Origin: Gammaproteobacteria bacterium
Lineage (GTDB): Bacteria; Pseudomonadota; Gammaproteobacteria; Pseudomonadales; Azotimanducaceae
DNA length: 64,000 nucleotides
Direction: 5' to 3'
NCBI GenBank assembly: GCA_027297435.1
Contig: JAPUIA010000158.1
Span: forward strand, 13,427 to 77,426
The stretch's first letter is position 1; every line of letters begins with the position of its first letter. The notes beneath the pieces are model-generated. The model was not told the DNA's origin, searched no databases, and worked only from the letters and a program-made list of their open reading frames with translations. This document shows, piece by piece, positions 63,421 to 64,000 of this stretch. Position numbers and translations under genes: made by a program.

Positions 63421-63437
63421 CCGTTGAGGAGCAACCA

Positions 63438-64000
63438 ATGAATTTACGCAACTTCATCCTCGTCGTCATCGGTGCCATCGCCGTGGTGGTGCTGCTACAG
63501 AGCGTTTACGTGGTGCAAGAAACCGAACGTGCGATCTTGCTGCGTTTCGGCGCCGTGAGCCGGGCCGACGTACCGCCCGGCCTGCACTTCAAGATGCCGA
63601 TCGCCGAAGAGATCAAAAAGTTCGATGGACGGGTGCTGACACTCGACTCGAGCCCGGAAACCTACTACACCCTCGAGAAGAAACCGCTGATCGTGGATTC
63701 GTTCGCCAAATGGCGCATCGTCGACGTGCTGAACTACTACACTGCGAGTTCGGGGGATGAGACGCGGGCCAATAGAATTCTGCAAGAGCGGGTGAACGAA
63801 GGGTTGCGCAACGCCATCAGCCGTCGCGACATGCACGAGGTCATCTCCGGTGAGCGTGATCAGCTCATGGCGGAGCTGACGGCCGATCTGAACCGCGTCA
63901 TGAAAGAGGCGGTGGGCGTTGAAGTGATCGATGTACGCGTCAAGCGCATCGATCTGCCGACCGAGGTGTCATCGTCCGTCTATGAACGCATGAATTCCGA
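63438..64000 (+). CDS. hflC: FtsH protease modulator HflC, N-terminal part (3' end lies outside the window)
   Basis: Translated by hand from ATG 63438: MNLRNFILVVIGAIAVVVLLQSVYVVQETERAILLRFG... (TM helix plus SPFH). The frame stays open to the window end, so it is not in the ORF track. Confidence 0.85.
   Translation, partial: MNLRNFILVVIGAIAVVVLLQSVYVVQETERAILLRFGAVSRADVPPGLHFKMPIAEEIKKFDGRVLTLDSSPETYYTLEKKPLIVDSFAKWRIVDVLNYYTASSGDETRANRILQERVNEGLRNAISRRDMHEVISGERDQLMAELTADLNRVMKEAVGVEVIDVRVKRIDLPTEVSSSVYERMNS

Noticed and set aside
1-64000. Search for tRNA, rRNA, tmRNA, transposase, integrase, phage, toxin-antitoxin or known defence genes.
   Set aside because: No ORF translation shows their signatures, and no cloverleaf-like or rRNA-like segment was evident in the gaps longer than 90 bp. 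Absence is judged by eye only, so tRNAscan, Infernal and DefenseFinder runs would be needed for certainty.

Overview
Dense, GC-rich (by eye, not computed) chromosomal segment that looks like core genome of a gammaproteobacterium. I call 59 protein-coding genes; the first and last are cut by the window edges. I recognise no rRNA, tRNA, CRISPR array, transposase, integrase or phage gene. Three syntenic blocks stand out. (i) 19.6-36.9 kb is a Pseudomonas-type LPS inner-core locus: ilvE-waaF-waaC-waaG-waaP-kinase-carbamoyltransferase-GT4, then lpxL, hldE, waaA and tolC. (ii) 37.2-42.7 kb is yqiB-cpdA-parE-parC. (iii) 49.4-64 kb is the enterobacterial-type block efp-epmA, psd, orn-queG-nnr-tsaE-amiB-mutL-miaA-hfq-hflXKC. 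The first 19 kb holds folA, a peptidase / NAD-kinase-like / fabV trio, a membrane class III cyclase, hemE and a run of small accessory genes (GNAT, YCII, ACT, VOC-tautomerase-VOC, RRM protein, DUF2784, cupin). It ends with ilvD-argA-argE and an orphan GspE/PilB-family ATPase. I could not find a self-evident new multi-gene system such as a defence island. The most unusual protein-level observations are: a head-to-tail fusion of two complete WaaG glycosyltransferases; a two-kinase-domain ORF after waaP; a FimX-like degenerate REC-PAS-GGDEF-EAL protein preceded by a ~600-aa protein ending in a PilZ-like barrel without RxxxR; and a YtjB-like membrane protein that seems to carry a dead cyclase-homology domain. 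There are also four distinct intergenic repeat structures: a 185-bp element closed by perfect 20-bp inverted repeats, with a third arm copy 8 kb away; a TIR-flanked 42-bp tandem repeat; 22-bp-periodic iteron-like repeats upstream of efp; and a tandem duplication of the orn 3' end. All functional calls come from motif recognition by eye on the supplied translations. No database search or structure prediction was possible.
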